Below are positions 46,783 through 57,826 of a stretch of DNA of 64,000 nucleotides, piece after piece. Numbering within the stretch: position 1 is the first letter of the stretch; each line of letters starts with the position of its first letter. Source of the DNA: Rhodospirillales bacterium (lineage in GTDB: Bacteria; Pseudomonadota; Alphaproteobacteria; Bin95); assembly GCA_038143065.1 (NCBI GenBank), contig JAYQLI010000035.1, positions 1,376,894-1,440,893 of the forward strand, given 5' to 3'. A model generated the notes under the pieces. It did not search any database. It was not told the DNA's origin and was given only the letters and a program-made list of their open reading frames with translations. The position numbers were made by a program, and so were the translations under genes.

Positions 46783-47925
46783 AGGCGCATTAAAACCCCT
46801 TTGGTACAGTGTCCTAGCCTCCGTCATTGGTTTAGCAATTTGCACAGTAGTGCGCGCTGAAGAACCTTAAGCACGCGCTCACTTAGGCTATTCCATAAAG
46901 CATCCACTCGTGAAGGCGGGCTGGTATAGCTTTTCCGAAAAGTTGAAGACGGAGGAAGACGCACCCAAACTCAAAGTCTTTCTAAATGGTCCTGCTGGAG
47001 ACGATTTCTCTGCGATTGAGAACTTGGCTCGCGGCTACTACCAATTTGGCTCAGCTGCACTCCCATCGTTTCCAGAAACTTTCCCGCATGCTGCCTTATT
47101 AGCGGAGATGGGACTTGTTGGTGGAGGGAACGAACTTGCAGCTGCCGCGGCGATTACCGAATTACTAGCAATCCAGTGCAGGCCTTGCGCTCAAATATTC
47201 GATAAACAGGGTGTTGTATTTTTAGGTGCTTATGGTGCAGCACCGTTCGTATTGCTCTCATACGATGAGCTCAACACCCCTTGGCCTTTCAAGAACTTAC
47301 CACGCTCACGCCAGGTACAGCATGGGACCGTCTGATTATTTCACTTGGCGGAAAAGTGACTCAAGATTTTAGCGATGCAGGCGACCTCTTCGCCAGGGGA
47401 GAAATCAGCGCTGCAATTGCAACACCCTTAGAACTATCCAACCCTGCAGTTAAAGCTCAAACTCGACACATTTTATCCGCTCCACTTGGGAGCTTTCGTG
47501 GAGGTGGGGCCTTTCTCGCATCGGCATCTTACTGGCAACAGCTGTCTCCTAAAGCGCGAGGCGCGATTTTGAATGCATTACCCAGCGGTATTGTAAGCAC
47601 TACGATCGAATACAAACGAATTTCAGACCTTGCTATTGAAGAGGCTAAATCTGAGGGGCTTATAGTTAACCAAGCGGCTCAGGACCTTACCGCAAAGATC
47701 CAGAAACATGCTGAAGATGATCTTTCTGCCATCATCCAAACTGCGGAAAACCGGTTTGGACTAACCAACGCTTCCGAGTTTGTTAGTCAATTTTTGTCCC
47801 TATATCAAAAATTTGAAAAAATGCTTGCAAAAGCAAAAACTCAGGAAGAAGCCGCTCAAATTCTCAAAACTGAGATTTTTGACCAATTGAAGCGGTCTAA
47901 CTTCGACTTGGCTCCAAAAGAATAA
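46780..47925 (+). CDS. TRAP transporter DctP-like substrate-binding protein; frameshifted
   Basis: Signal peptide (LASVIGLAICTVVRA), PGTAWDRLIISLGG, YWQQLSPKAR, AIEEAKSEG. Confidence 0.65.
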
Positions 47926-48052
47926 GCCTCAATCTGACAGCAGTTTTGGATGGGACGGATTGACTCAGAGGCTCTTTTCGCTAGGGTGTGCATCCACCTG
48001 GGTGGTGGGAATCACTATCAACCAGAATAAATTTCCAGGGAGGAATAACTTG

Positions 48053-49687
48053 ATGCTTGGACTCCGAGCTCTTACAGCAGCAACTGTAGGTGCTACCGCC
48101 GCTCTGGCGGCAGGCTTTGCAGCTGCTGATGGCCATGGCCACAAGCCAAAATACGGCGGCCATTTCACATACGTAATTCCATCAAAGGCCCCACCAAGTC
48201 TTGATGCGCATAGGGAAACAACTTACGGGGTAATTCATCCCGTTCGTCCGTATTACTCTACACTGCTTCGTGTAAACCCAGCCGACCCAAGTTCAGACGT
48301 ATACGTCTGCGACCTTTGCTTGGGCGATGTGCCAGAACCAACAAACGGCGGCAAAACTTACACATTTAAGCTTAAATCAGGTGTGAAGTTCCATGATGGT
48401 ACTCCGCTCACATCAGCGGATGTCAAAGCAAGTTTTGACAAAATCATCTTCCCGCCTAAGGGTGTATCTAGCGCTCGTAAAAGCTTTTACATGATGGTAG
48501 ATTCGGTCACCACGCCAGATGCTTCTACGGTCGTCTTCAACCTGAAATACGCTTCTTCAGCGTTTATCCCAGCACTCGCCGCACCCTATAACTTCATTTA
48601 TTCAAAAGCGAAGTTGGATGCAGATATTCACTGGTACGAGAAAAATATTCTTGGCTCAGGGCCATTTATTCTCGACGAATATCAGTCGGGTGCACAAATT
48701 ACAGGTACCAAGAACCCAAATTACTATCTTGAGGGGCTACCTTATCTCGACAGAATCACTGGTGTCTTCGCTAATAAAGAGTCGATCCAAGTTCAGGCGC
48801 TCCGAGGCAACCGAGCTAGTGCTCAGTTCCGCGGTTTCCCACCAAAGACGCGCGATGACCTAGTCAAAGCTCTTGGTGACAAGGCTACTGTTCAAGAAAC
48901 GGATTGGAACTGCGTTCTTCTCGCCACACCAAACCACTCACGTAAGCCTTTTGATGACGTCCGAGTGCGTCGCGCTCTAACCCTTGCCCTCGATCGTTGG
49001 GGTGGATCAGAATACCTGTCAAAAATTGCTATCGTGAAAACGGTTGGCGGTATTGTCTATCCAACGAGCAAGCTCGCGGCGACAAAAGAAGAATTGATGC
49101 AGTTGGATGGCTATAAAGCCGACCTGGAAGCTTCACGGGCGCGTGCACGTGAGCTTCTTAAAGAAGCTGGCATTGATCTTTCGAAAACCTATACATTGAA
49201 CAACCGTGCCGTAGACCAGCCATATAAAGTGGTAGGTGTATGGTTGCTTGATCAATGGCGCCAAATCGGACTTAACTTTGAACAACAAGTTAAGCCTACT
49301 GGACCGTTCTACGCTTCTCTGCGTGAGAAGGGCGACTTTGATGTGTCGATTGACTTCAACTGTCAGTCAATTGTCAATCCACCAATTGATACGTCAAAAT
49401 ATCTGTCTTCAGATATCAACCCAGCTAACTACAGCCGGGTTGTCGATCGTAAAATAGACGAGCTTTATAACGAAATGTTGCTTGAAGCTGATCCAGCAAA
49501 ACAACGTGTGAAGATGCGTACTTATGAGAAATACGTTCTTCATGATCAGGTGACACAGATGATTACACTCTGGTGGTTCCGTACAACTGTTCACCGCTCT
49601 CACTTCAAAGGCTGGAAAATTAGCCCCAGCCATTACTTAGGTCAGGCCCTCGATACCGTGTGGCTTGATCCTGATGCGGATAAGTAA
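48053..49687 (+). CDS. ABC transporter substrate-binding protein, family 5 (peptide/nickel-like)
   Basis: Signal peptide, PKYGG, YTFKLKSGVKFHDGTPLTSADVKAS, GSGPF, PFDDVRVRRAL. Confidence 0.93.
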   Translation: MLGLRALTAATVGATAALAAGFAAADGHGHKPKYGGHFTYVIPSKAPPSLDAHRETTYGVIHPVRPYYSTLLRVNPADPSSDVYVCDLCLGDVPEPTNGGKTYTFKLKSGVKFHDGTPLTSADVKASFDKIIFPPKGVSSARKSFYMMVDSVTTPDASTVVFNLKYASSAFIPALAAPYNFIYSKAKLDADIHWYEKNILGSGPFILDEYQSGAQITGTKNPNYYLEGLPYLDRITGVFANKESIQVQALRGNRASAQFRGFPPKTRDDLVKALGDKATVQETDWNCVLLATPNHSRKPFDDVRVRRALTLALDRWGGSEYLSKIAIVKTVGGIVYPTSKLAATKEELMQLDGYKADLEASRARARELLKEAGIDLSKTYTLNNRAVDQPYKVVGVWLLDQWRQIGLNFEQQVKPTGPFYASLREKGDFDVSIDFNCQSIVNPPIDTSKYLSSDINPANYSRVVDRKIDELYNEMLLEADPAKQRVKMRTYEKYVLHDQVTQMITLWWFRTTVHRSHFKGWKISPSHYLGQALDTVWLDPDADK

Positions 49688-49714
49688 TATCTGCTTCTAA
49701 TCGCCTTTCAGGCA

Positions 49715-49750
49715 TGAACGCCCGTGAGTCAAAAGGCTCACGGGCGTTCA
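49715..49750 (+). terminator. Strong stem-loop after the SBP gene (attenuating terminator or mRNA stabiliser)
   Basis: tgaacgcccgtgag-tc-aaaa-gg-ctcacgggcgttca, a perfect 14-bp inverted repeat followed by cttt. Confidence 0.8.
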
Positions 49751-49779
49751 CTTTATGACACTAATTTAGGTCTCTATTC

Positions 49780-50751
49780 ATGCATAAGTATCTCGTAAAG
49801 CGCATGCTGATGATGGTGCCGACCCTGATTGGCGCAGCAATTTTAGTTTTTACACTCATGCACATGATCCCAGGAGATGTTTGCGCTCTCCGTTATGCTG
49901 GAACTGGAGGCACGTTTGACGTAAATCAAATCGAGCAGTGCAAAGAAGAATTAGGCCTTAACAGGCCGCTACTTGTGCAATTCTTTGAATGGATTGGCGG
50001 ATTCTTTATTGGTGACTTCGGTACATCAATGTGGACTGATCGCCCAATCACTGAAGAAATGGGACCACGTGTTTTGCTCTCTCTTCAGGTAGCCGTTATG
50101 GCAACAGTTATTTCTATTTTAATCTCTATCCCGCTAGGTACTATTTCAGCGGTTAAACAGAATTCATGGATCGACTACACTGTCAGATGCGTAAGTATAG
50201 CCGGAATTGCAATGCCCTCATTCTGGTTGGGTATATTGATAATGCTTGGACTTTTAGCCGTATCTAATTCAATTTTAGGATACGGATGGATACCTCCAAT
50301 TCAGTATATTCCTCCTCTTGAAGACCCAATTGGCAACCTTACTCAGCTGATTTGGCCAGCCTTGGCAACTGGATATCGTTATTCTGCGGTTGCAACGAGA
50401 ATGACACGATCAGCGTTGCTTGAGGTGCTTCGTGAGGACTACATCCGCACAGCACGCGCCAAAGGTGTAATCGAAAAGTTAGTAGTGAATAGACATGCAC
50501 TGAAAAATTCGATGCTGCCTGTCGTTACAGTTATTGGTATTGAATTTGCCTTCCTCATGGGTGGGTTGGTCGTTACAGAGCAGGTGTTCAACCTTAATGG
50601 TCTTGGGAAGCTATTTGTCGATAGCGTTACCAATCACGACTATACATTAACCCAAGCTCTGGTGATGTTGGTTGCATTCATCTTTGTTGTTATGAACATC
50701 GTCATTGACGTGATCTACGCTTGGCTAGATCCTCGTATCCGCTATAGCTAA
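49780..50751 (+). CDS. ABC transporter permease (DppB/OppB-like)
   Basis: MPSFWLG and TRSALLEVLREDYIRTARAKG EAA motif. Confidence 0.93.
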   Translation: MHKYLVKRMLMMVPTLIGAAILVFTLMHMIPGDVCALRYAGTGGTFDVNQIEQCKEELGLNRPLLVQFFEWIGGFFIGDFGTSMWTDRPITEEMGPRVLLSLQVAVMATVISILISIPLGTISAVKQNSWIDYTVRCVSIAGIAMPSFWLGILIMLGLLAVSNSILGYGWIPPIQYIPPLEDPIGNLTQLIWPALATGYRYSAVATRMTRSALLEVLREDYIRTARAKGVIEKLVVNRHALKNSMLPVVTVIGIEFAFLMGGLVVTEQVFNLNGLGKLFVDSVTNHDYTLTQALVMLVAFIFVVMNIVIDVIYAWLDPRIRYS

Positions 50752-50769
50752 GTAAGGAGAAATTTGGTC

Positions 50770-51657
50770 ATGAACGTCGCAGCTACGACAGTCGACGCCG
50801 CTCCTACAGAGAAGACACTTCTCCAGAAGATCGGTCGGATGGCCCGCCGTCAGCCCTTAGGGGCAGTCTCAGGTATAATGATCTTGATCATGGTTTTGGT
50901 AGCACTGTTAGCTGATATTGTGGCTCCACACGATCCAGTAAAGTTGAACTTTATCGATCAACTTGCCACTCCATCAGCAACGTATCTTCTAGGCACCGAT
51001 GAGCTTGGCCGGGATATCTTGAGTCGTATTATCTACGGGTCACGCACCGCTCTCTTTATTGGCTTCGTAGCAGCTTTCATTGGCGCGACATTAGGCTTGG
51101 TATTAGGAGTTACAAGCGCTTATCTAGGTGGCTGGTTTGATCTAATTTTCCAACGGATTGTCGATATTTTTATGGCTTTCCCATTAATCATCATGGCGTT
51201 AGCTATCGTATCGGTATTTGGTTCCGGGGTGGGCAATGTGATCATAGCAATTACAATTCCCTTTATCCCTAAATGCGCTCGGGTTGTTCGATCTAGTGCG
51301 CTTGCACTTCGTGAAATTCCCTATATTGATGCAGCCCGCGCGTGTGGTTACAGCCATGTACGCATTGTGCTTGTGCATATGGTTCCAAATGTCATGGCCC
51401 CGTATCTCATTATGGTAACAAGCTTTGTTGGTCAGGCTATTCTTCTAGAAGCCTCATTGTCTTATCTTGGCCTAGGAGTTCAGGAACCGACCGCTGCTTG
51501 GGGTTTAATGTTGCGGGGTGGTGCTGAGCAATTTTTTGAAAGTGCGCCATGGGTAGCAATTTTCCCAGGCCTTGCCATCACGTTAGCCGTGTTTGCCTTC
51601 AATCTTTTCGGTGACAGCTTGCGCGACGCTCTTGATCCAAAACTTCGGTCCTCTTGA
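50770..51657 (+). CDS. ABC transporter permease (DppC/OppC-like)
   Basis: LGTDELGRDILSRIIYG, YIDAARACG, FNLFGDSLRDALDP. Confidence 0.93.
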   Translation: MNVAATTVDAAPTEKTLLQKIGRMARRQPLGAVSGIMILIMVLVALLADIVAPHDPVKLNFIDQLATPSATYLLGTDELGRDILSRIIYGSRTALFIGFVAAFIGATLGLVLGVTSAYLGGWFDLIFQRIVDIFMAFPLIIMALAIVSVFGSGVGNVIIAITIPFIPKCARVVRSSALALREIPYIDAARACGYSHVRIVLVHMVPNVMAPYLIMVTSFVGQAILLEASLSYLGLGVQEPTAAWGLMLRGGAEQFFESAPWVAIFPGLAITLAVFAFNLFGDSLRDALDPKLRSS

Positions 51658-52240
51658 GTGGTAAACCTGATTAGGGGTGAGGATGGCTTGTCGCGTTGCG
51701 GCTGGTGCGGAACAGACCCTGAATATCAGCGCTACCATGATGTGGAGTGGGGAAGACCAGTAAGAGACGACTATGCATTGTTTGAAAAGCTTTGCTTAGA
51801 AGGCTTCCAGGCCGGTCTATCCTGGATAACTATTCTAAAGAAACGCGATCGGTTTCGTGAAGTTTTCCATGGCTTCGACCCAGAAAAAATAGCTGGATTG
51901 ACCGGCGAAGATATATCACGTCTTATGCTAGATGCAGGTATCATCAGAAACAGACTGAAGATCGAAGCAACAATCTCAAACGCTCAGGCTTGGCTCAAAA
52001 TTATGGAATCCGGTAACGACAGCTTCGCCAATTTCATATGGGCAACTGTCGACGGCATAACTAAAATCAATCAACCACAAACAAAAAAGAGGTGCCTAGC
52101 AAAACTAAAGAAGCAGAAATATTATCAAAGCGCTTAAAAAAAGCCGGATTTCGCTTCGTTGGTCCGACAATCTGTTATGCTTTTATGCAATCCATGGGAC
52201 TCGTTAATGATCATGTTAAAGGCTGCTGGAAGGCTCCCTA
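51658..52240 (+). CDS. tag: DNA-3-methyladenine glycosylase I; frameshift near 52085
   Basis: RCGW, YHDVEWG, LEGFQAGLSW, GIIRNRLKI; the shifted tail reads LKKAGFRFVGPTICYAFMQSMGLVNDH. Confidence 0.92.
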
Positions 52241-53761
52241 ATGCCCCATAAGAAGAAACTCGAAGAACTTAAGCGTCGCCGCGAAGAAGCCCAAGCGATG
52301 GGCGGAGCCCGCAAGCTTGAGGCTCGCCGCAATGCTGGTATTTTGAATGCCCGCGAAAGACTACACCACCTTTTAGACGATGACTCTTTCTTAGAAGCCG
52401 GACTCCACGCGTATTCGATCCGCGAGCAAACACGAGATAAATCCCCTGCAGACGGCAAAATTGCTGGGTTCGGTAAAATCGAAGGTAGACCTGTGGCTTT
52501 GGTTGCCAATGACTTTACTGTTCTTGGTGCCTCCTCATCACAAGTGAATATGAAAAAGATGGGGCATATGAAGCGTACTGCGCGTGAACGTGGTTTACCA
52601 CTGGTTCTTCTTGGCGAGAGTAGCGGTGGACGCATGCCAGACCGAATGGGTTCAGCAGGGCGAGCTACAATCGGGCAAGATAGAGAAGAATATCGGCGCA
52701 CTCGTGAAACCCCATGGGTATCCACTCTGATGGGGCAATCATATGGATCATCTACCTGGTACAGTGTCATTTCAGATGTAGTTTTTGCCAGAAAAGGCGC
52801 TGTTATGGCCGTAACCAGCCCTCGTGTAACCTCATTGGCGATAAGTCAAGAAATTGAACCGGAAGATTTGGGAGGTTGGAAGCTCCATACAGATGTCACT
52901 GGCTTAGTAGATAAAGCGTTTGATACAGATGAGGACGTCCTTGATGCAGTTAAGACTTTCATTTCTTATCTTCCATCAAATTCGCAATTGCCACCTACCC
53001 GCCAGAAGACGTGGGAAGAAGCTGATCAAAATGAGCTCCTGAATATTCTACCAGAGGAACGCCGGCGCGTTTATGATGCAAGGAAAGCCCTGCATACGAT
53101 TGCTGATTTAGGGAGCATCTTTGAGCTAAAGGACCGGTTTGGCAAGTCGATTGTTACTTCTCTTGCAAGAATTGAGGGTCGTACGGTCGGCTTTATCGCC
53201 AACAACCCTCGTTTTCGGGCTGGCGCGATTGATCCCGATGCGTGTGATAAAGCTGTCTCATTTATTGTACTCTGTGACAGCTTCAACATACCGATAATAT
53301 TTATGGTCGATCAGCCTGGCTTCTATATTGGCCTCGAAGGCGAGAGAAAACGCGCTCCCGGTAAAATCATGAATTGGATGAATGCTTTAGCCCAGGTTAC
53401 CGTCCCACGTTTCAGCGTAATTGTCCGTAAAAGCTACGGCCAAGCTTATTTAAATATGGGTGGTGGTAGAAATTCAGATGAAGTTTTAGCCTGGCCCACA
53501 GCAGACTTAGGATTTATGGAACCCCGCCTTGCTGTAAACGTTTTACACGGCGTTAAGGAAGATGAAGATCCAGATCAGTTTTCCAAATTAGCTTCAGAAT
53601 TAGACCGCGGAACCGAAGCTTGGGATCTCGCTGGTCTCTACGAAGCACAATATGTTATTGCTCCGCAGGAAACACGCGAACATCTCGCCCGATTGCTCAC
53701 TGTCTACGAGGGCAAACAAGTAAGCGACCATCTTCTCTCAAATTGGCCGACTACTTTCTAA
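52241..53761 (+). CDS. Acyl-CoA carboxylase/decarboxylase carboxyltransferase subunit
   Basis: NARERLHHLLD, DFTVLGAS, CDSFNIPIIFMVDQPGF, RKSYGQAY. Confidence 0.9.
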   Translation: MPHKKKLEELKRRREEAQAMGGARKLEARRNAGILNARERLHHLLDDDSFLEAGLHAYSIREQTRDKSPADGKIAGFGKIEGRPVALVANDFTVLGASSSQVNMKKMGHMKRTARERGLPLVLLGESSGGRMPDRMGSAGRATIGQDREEYRRTRETPWVSTLMGQSYGSSTWYSVISDVVFARKGAVMAVTSPRVTSLAISQEIEPEDLGGWKLHTDVTGLVDKAFDTDEDVLDAVKTFISYLPSNSQLPPTRQKTWEEADQNELLNILPEERRRVYDARKALHTIADLGSIFELKDRFGKSIVTSLARIEGRTVGFIANNPRFRAGAIDPDACDKAVSFIVLCDSFNIPIIFMVDQPGFYIGLEGERKRAPGKIMNWMNALAQVTVPRFSVIVRKSYGQAYLNMGGGRNSDEVLAWPTADLGFMEPRLAVNVLHGVKEDEDPDQFSKLASELDRGTEAWDLAGLYEAQYVIAPQETREHLARLLTVYEGKQVSDHLLSNWPTTF

Positions 53762-53824
53762 ATAATATCTGGACATAATAATCTCCCTTCCCCCATTCTT
53801 TAGAGTAGTTAGGGAAGGTTAGTT

Positions 53825-54769
53825 ATGGCTAATAAGTTCACTATTGTTCCGATGACACTGCACATCGGCGCTGAAATCCAAGGTTTGGATCTTTCAAAAC
53901 CAATTACACCAGAAATCGCGGAATCAGTTAATGCAGCCTTGATTAAATGGAAGGTCATTTTTTTCAGAGGCCAAAATCTCTCACATGCAGGGCAAGTATC
54001 TTTTGCAAGGTCAATGGGGGAACCGACCATCGGACACGCGGTTTTTGGCCATGACCCGGACTATCCCGAGATATATTCAGTGGCAAAATTCCGTACTGCC
54101 CAAACTCACAGAACTGCAAAAATGCAACGCCCATGGACTGGCTGGCATACTGACCTGACAGCCGCGATTAATCCTCCCAAAGCATCCCTTTTACGCGGTG
54201 TTACAATTCCTCCATATGGAGGCGACACATTTTGGACCAATCTTGCAGCGGCATACGAAGGACTATCCGAAACATTTCGTAACTTTGTTGATACCCTGAA
54301 AGGTATTCATCGATTTGAACCTCCTGCTGGAGCGAAAATAAACTCAAATTATGAAGAGAGCATTCGCCGCAGAGTTATGGAAAGTGAGCATCCTATTGTC
54401 CGCATTCATCCTGAGTCAGGAGAGCGGATACTTTTTGTCAGTCCATCTTTCCTAAAATCTGTGTCAGGGCTAACCCCACGGGAAAGCGGGCAAATATTGG
54501 AATTGTTATGGGAGCATATAACTCGACCAGAATATACTGTCCGTTTTAAATGGGAGCCGGGCGATATTGCAATGTGGGATAACAGGTCGACAGCACACTT
54601 AGCGCCAACAGATATTTTTGAAAGCGATTATGATCGTCAATTGTATCGAGTAACTTTAGTTGGCGATGTTCCCGTCGGAACTGATGGCGAGCAGTCTATC
54701 TCCCTACAAGGACAGCCTATTCTGTCCGTTCAAGATGAATTAGCCCTCCAAGCTGTCAAAGGACGATAA
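53825..54769 (+). CDS. TauD/TfdA family Fe(II)/2-oxoglutarate dioxygenase
   Basis: WHTD, PPYGGDT, HPIVRIHPESG, WDNRSTAH. Confidence 0.93.
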   Translation: MANKFTIVPMTLHIGAEIQGLDLSKPITPEIAESVNAALIKWKVIFFRGQNLSHAGQVSFARSMGEPTIGHAVFGHDPDYPEIYSVAKFRTAQTHRTAKMQRPWTGWHTDLTAAINPPKASLLRGVTIPPYGGDTFWTNLAAAYEGLSETFRNFVDTLKGIHRFEPPAGAKINSNYEESIRRRVMESEHPIVRIHPESGERILFVSPSFLKSVSGLTPRESGQILELLWEHITRPEYTVRFKWEPGDIAMWDNRSTAHLAPTDIFESDYDRQLYRVTLVGDVPVGTDGEQSISLQGQPILSVQDELALQAVKGR

Positions 54770-54775
54770 TCTTTT

Positions 54776-55849
54776 CTATTCATTTGAGCCTTTAATTGCA
54801 TCAATCATCGCACCCGTAACTTCTTTTGTAGAAGCCTTTCCACCAATATCTAGGGTTTTTATGCCAGCTGCAGTAACGCTCTCAATTGCGCGCATTAGTC
54901 GAGCAGCTGCAGACGGTTCGCCTAAATGCTCAAGCATCTGACAAGCGGTCCAGAAAGTCGCTACTGGATTAGCAATTCCCTTTCCTGTTATATCAAATGC
55001 AGAACCATGAATTGGCTCAAACATGGATGGGAAGCGGCGTTGGGGGTCAATATTAGCTGTCGGCGCCACTCCAATCGAACCAGCAAGTGCGCCCGCGAGA
55101 TCAGAGAGGATGTCTGCATGCAGATTGGTAGCGACAATGGTATCCAAACTCTTCGGATCAAGGGTCATTCGCACCGTCATGGCGTCAACTAACATCTTAT
55201 CCCATGTTACATCGGGGAATTCCTTCGATACTTCAGCAGCAATCTCATCCCACATAACCATGCCGTGGCGTTGGGCATTCGATTTGGTAACAACTGTTAA
55301 AAATTTCCGAGGCCTTTTTTGTGCAAGCTCAAAAGCAAAACGCATAATGCGCTCAACACCAATCCGCGTAAAAATAGCAACCTCTGTTCCTACCTCTTCT
55401 GGCATGCCCTTATGGACGCGGCCACCATTGCCGGCATACTCACCCTCAGAATTTTCACGCACTATCACCCAGTCTAGGTCACCTGGCTGGGCATTGCGAA
55501 GAGGTGACTCCACGCCATCTATAATCTTGGTGGGACGCACGTTGGCGTACTGGTCAAAGCTCTGACAGATCTGAAGCCTCAAACCCCATAAAGTTATATG
55601 ATCTGGTACATCGGGTGCGCCTACTGCGCCAAAGTAAATTGCATCAAATGATTTTAGTTGGGCCAGTCCATCAGATGGCATCATTGCCCCGTGCTTTTTG
55701 TAATAATCTGTTCCCCAATCGAAGTGGGTTACATCAAAATCAATATCACCTTCACGTCTGGCCAGCGCTTCTAGTACAGCTAGGCCAGCATCAATTACTT
55801 CAGGCCCAATTCCATCAGCGGGTATGGATGCAATTTTATAATTACGCAT
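54776..55849 (-). CDS. ttuC: Tartrate dehydrogenase/decarboxylase (D-malate dehydrogenase)
   Basis: IPADGIGPEV, PDHITLWGL, DQYANVRP, TKSNAQRHGM, SMFEPIHGSAFDI. Confidence 0.9.
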   Translation of the reverse strand: MRNYKIASIPADGIGPEVIDAGLAVLEALARREGDIDFDVTHFDWGTDYYKKHGAMMPSDGLAQLKSFDAIYFGAVGAPDVPDHITLWGLRLQICQSFDQYANVRPTKIIDGVESPLRNAQPGDLDWVIVRENSEGEYAGNGGRVHKGMPEEVGTEVAIFTRIGVERIMRFAFELAQKRPRKFLTVVTKSNAQRHGMVMWDEIAAEVSKEFPDVTWDKMLVDAMTVRMTLDPKSLDTIVATNLHADILSDLAGALAGSIGVAPTANIDPQRRFPSMFEPIHGSAFDITGKGIANPVATFWTACQMLEHLGEPSAAARLMRAIESVTAAGIKTLDIGGKASTKEVTGAMIDAIKGSNE

Positions 55850-55903
55850 AGAACCACCTATTTTTTTAAGGGTTCTAGGCCACTACTTCTGGCGACACAA
55901 TGG

Positions 55904-56790
55904 TCAGAAACGATTAACTGGCAACTTAAGCATGGGTGCACCATCTTCGTCTGTAGGCACCTCTCCTGCCCGCATATTGACCTGTAAAGATGGCAAGATA
56001 AGAGTTGGCATAGATAGTGTAGCATCACGTGCAGTTCGGAGTTTAACGAAGTCCTCGCGGCTCTTGCCTTTCCCAACATGGATGTTGCTATCTCTCTCCT
56101 CTTTGACAGTGGTTTCCCAGATCATTTCCCGAGATCCCCCAGCGCCATAATCGTGGCACATAAACAGGCGCAATGAATCTGGTAGAGCAAGAACTTTTGA
56201 ATTGAATCGTAAAGCAATCCTGCATCGCCTCCTGGAAAGTCTGCACGAGCTGACCCACTGTCAGGCATAAAGAGTGTATCACCGACAAAGGCGGCGTCGC
56301 CAACCACATGCACCATACATGCTGGGGTGTGCCCAGGGGTCGATATTGTGAACACTTTGAGGCTACCTATTTGGTAAATATCGCCGTCTTTAAAAAGGCA
56401 GTCGAATTGAGAACCATCGCGACGGAATTCGGTTCCCTCATTAAACACTTTGCCAAAAACCTCCTGTATTTCCAGGACCTTCTCACTAATTCCTATCTTA
56501 CCTCCAAGCTGTTCCTGAATATATGGCGCAGCACTGAGGTGATCTGCATGAACATGAGTTTCAATAATCCATTGGAGTTCAAGGTCATGAGATCTTATGT
56601 GCTCGATCACACTATCCGCTTGAGCAAAGCTAATCCTGCCAGACGCATGGTCAAAATCCATTACACTATCGATAACAGCGCAGGCTTTAGTATCCGGATC
56701 TCTGACTATGTACGTTACAGTATTGGTTACCTGATCGAAGAATGAGGTGACAATCGGTTTTACAGTCATATCTATTGGATATTCAGTCAT
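55904..56790 (-). CDS. MBL-fold persulfide (sulfur) dioxygenase, Blh/SdoA-like; frameshift near 56185
   Basis: ETHVHADHLSAA, TPGHTPAC, GDTLFMPD, RLFMCHDY, PSLQVNMRAG. Confidence 0.88.
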
Positions 56791-56985
56791 AAGGCTCATA
56801 CCTCCAGCTTCGCAGCGCAAAACTCTACCAAAATATGATTACCAATTATTCCCTGACAAACAACTTAACTGAGTAATTCAATTGGACATATTATTCATTT
56901 AAATATTGACGGCTGGAATTAGTAAACTCTACTTTCAAAGCGAAAAAATTACGGCATTCTTATCGATCTTTTAGGAAAATCATCC

Positions 56986-57823
56986 ATGACATACGCGCAC
57001 ATAGATGTTCGTCCAATTTCTGGCGCACTTGGAGCCGAAATACATGGCGTCGATCTAAGCAAGGACCTCAGTGGAACCATAATTGAAGAAATTCGCTCAG
57101 CCTGGTTAGAACATCTTGTTATCTTTTCCGCGACCAAGAGATAACACCTGCCCAGCAGCTTGCTTTTGCAGAGCAGCTCGGTGAACCAGTCGAATACCCA
57201 TTTGTGCAAGGACTACCTGATTTTCCCACAATAACTCCCATCATCAAGTTGGAGCATGAAAAGGTCAATTTTGGGGTTTATGGCACACAGATACCACCTA
57301 CCAACAACGCCCACCGATGGCATCTATGCTTTATGCGTTAGAAGTACCTAAATTTGGCGGAGACACGTTATTTGCCAATTGTTATATGGCTTACGAAACC
57401 CTCTCCGAAGGCCTCAAGACAACGCTGGAACCACTTATTGGTGTGAATTCTTCCACAAAAGGCCGCGTTGTTGATACCCGCGCGGCCAGGATTGCAGACG
57501 CACCCAAAGAAGATGCTAAAAAACCTAGAGTTGCTGAGCATCCCGTTGTCCGCGTGCATCCAGAGACAGGCCGAAAAAGTCTTTATGTAAGTTTTGCTCA
57601 CACCACGAACTTTAAGGGTTGGAGTGAAGCAGAAAGTCAGCCTCTACTGGACCACCTATTCGAACATCAAACTTTACCAGAGTTCACTTGCCGATTTCGG
57701 TGGGAGAAGGGTTCAATAGCACTTTGGGATAATAGATGCGCACTTCACAATCCAATTAACGATTATCACGGCCACAAACGCGTTCTTCACCGCATCACAT
57801 TCGCAGGTATGGACACTGCTTGA
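56986..57823 (+). CDS. TauD/TfdA family dioxygenase; N-terminal frameshifts
   Basis: MTYAHIDVRPISGALGAEI, WHTDT, GGDTLFAN, WDNRCALHNP. Confidence 0.88.
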
Positions 57824-57826
57824 GCT

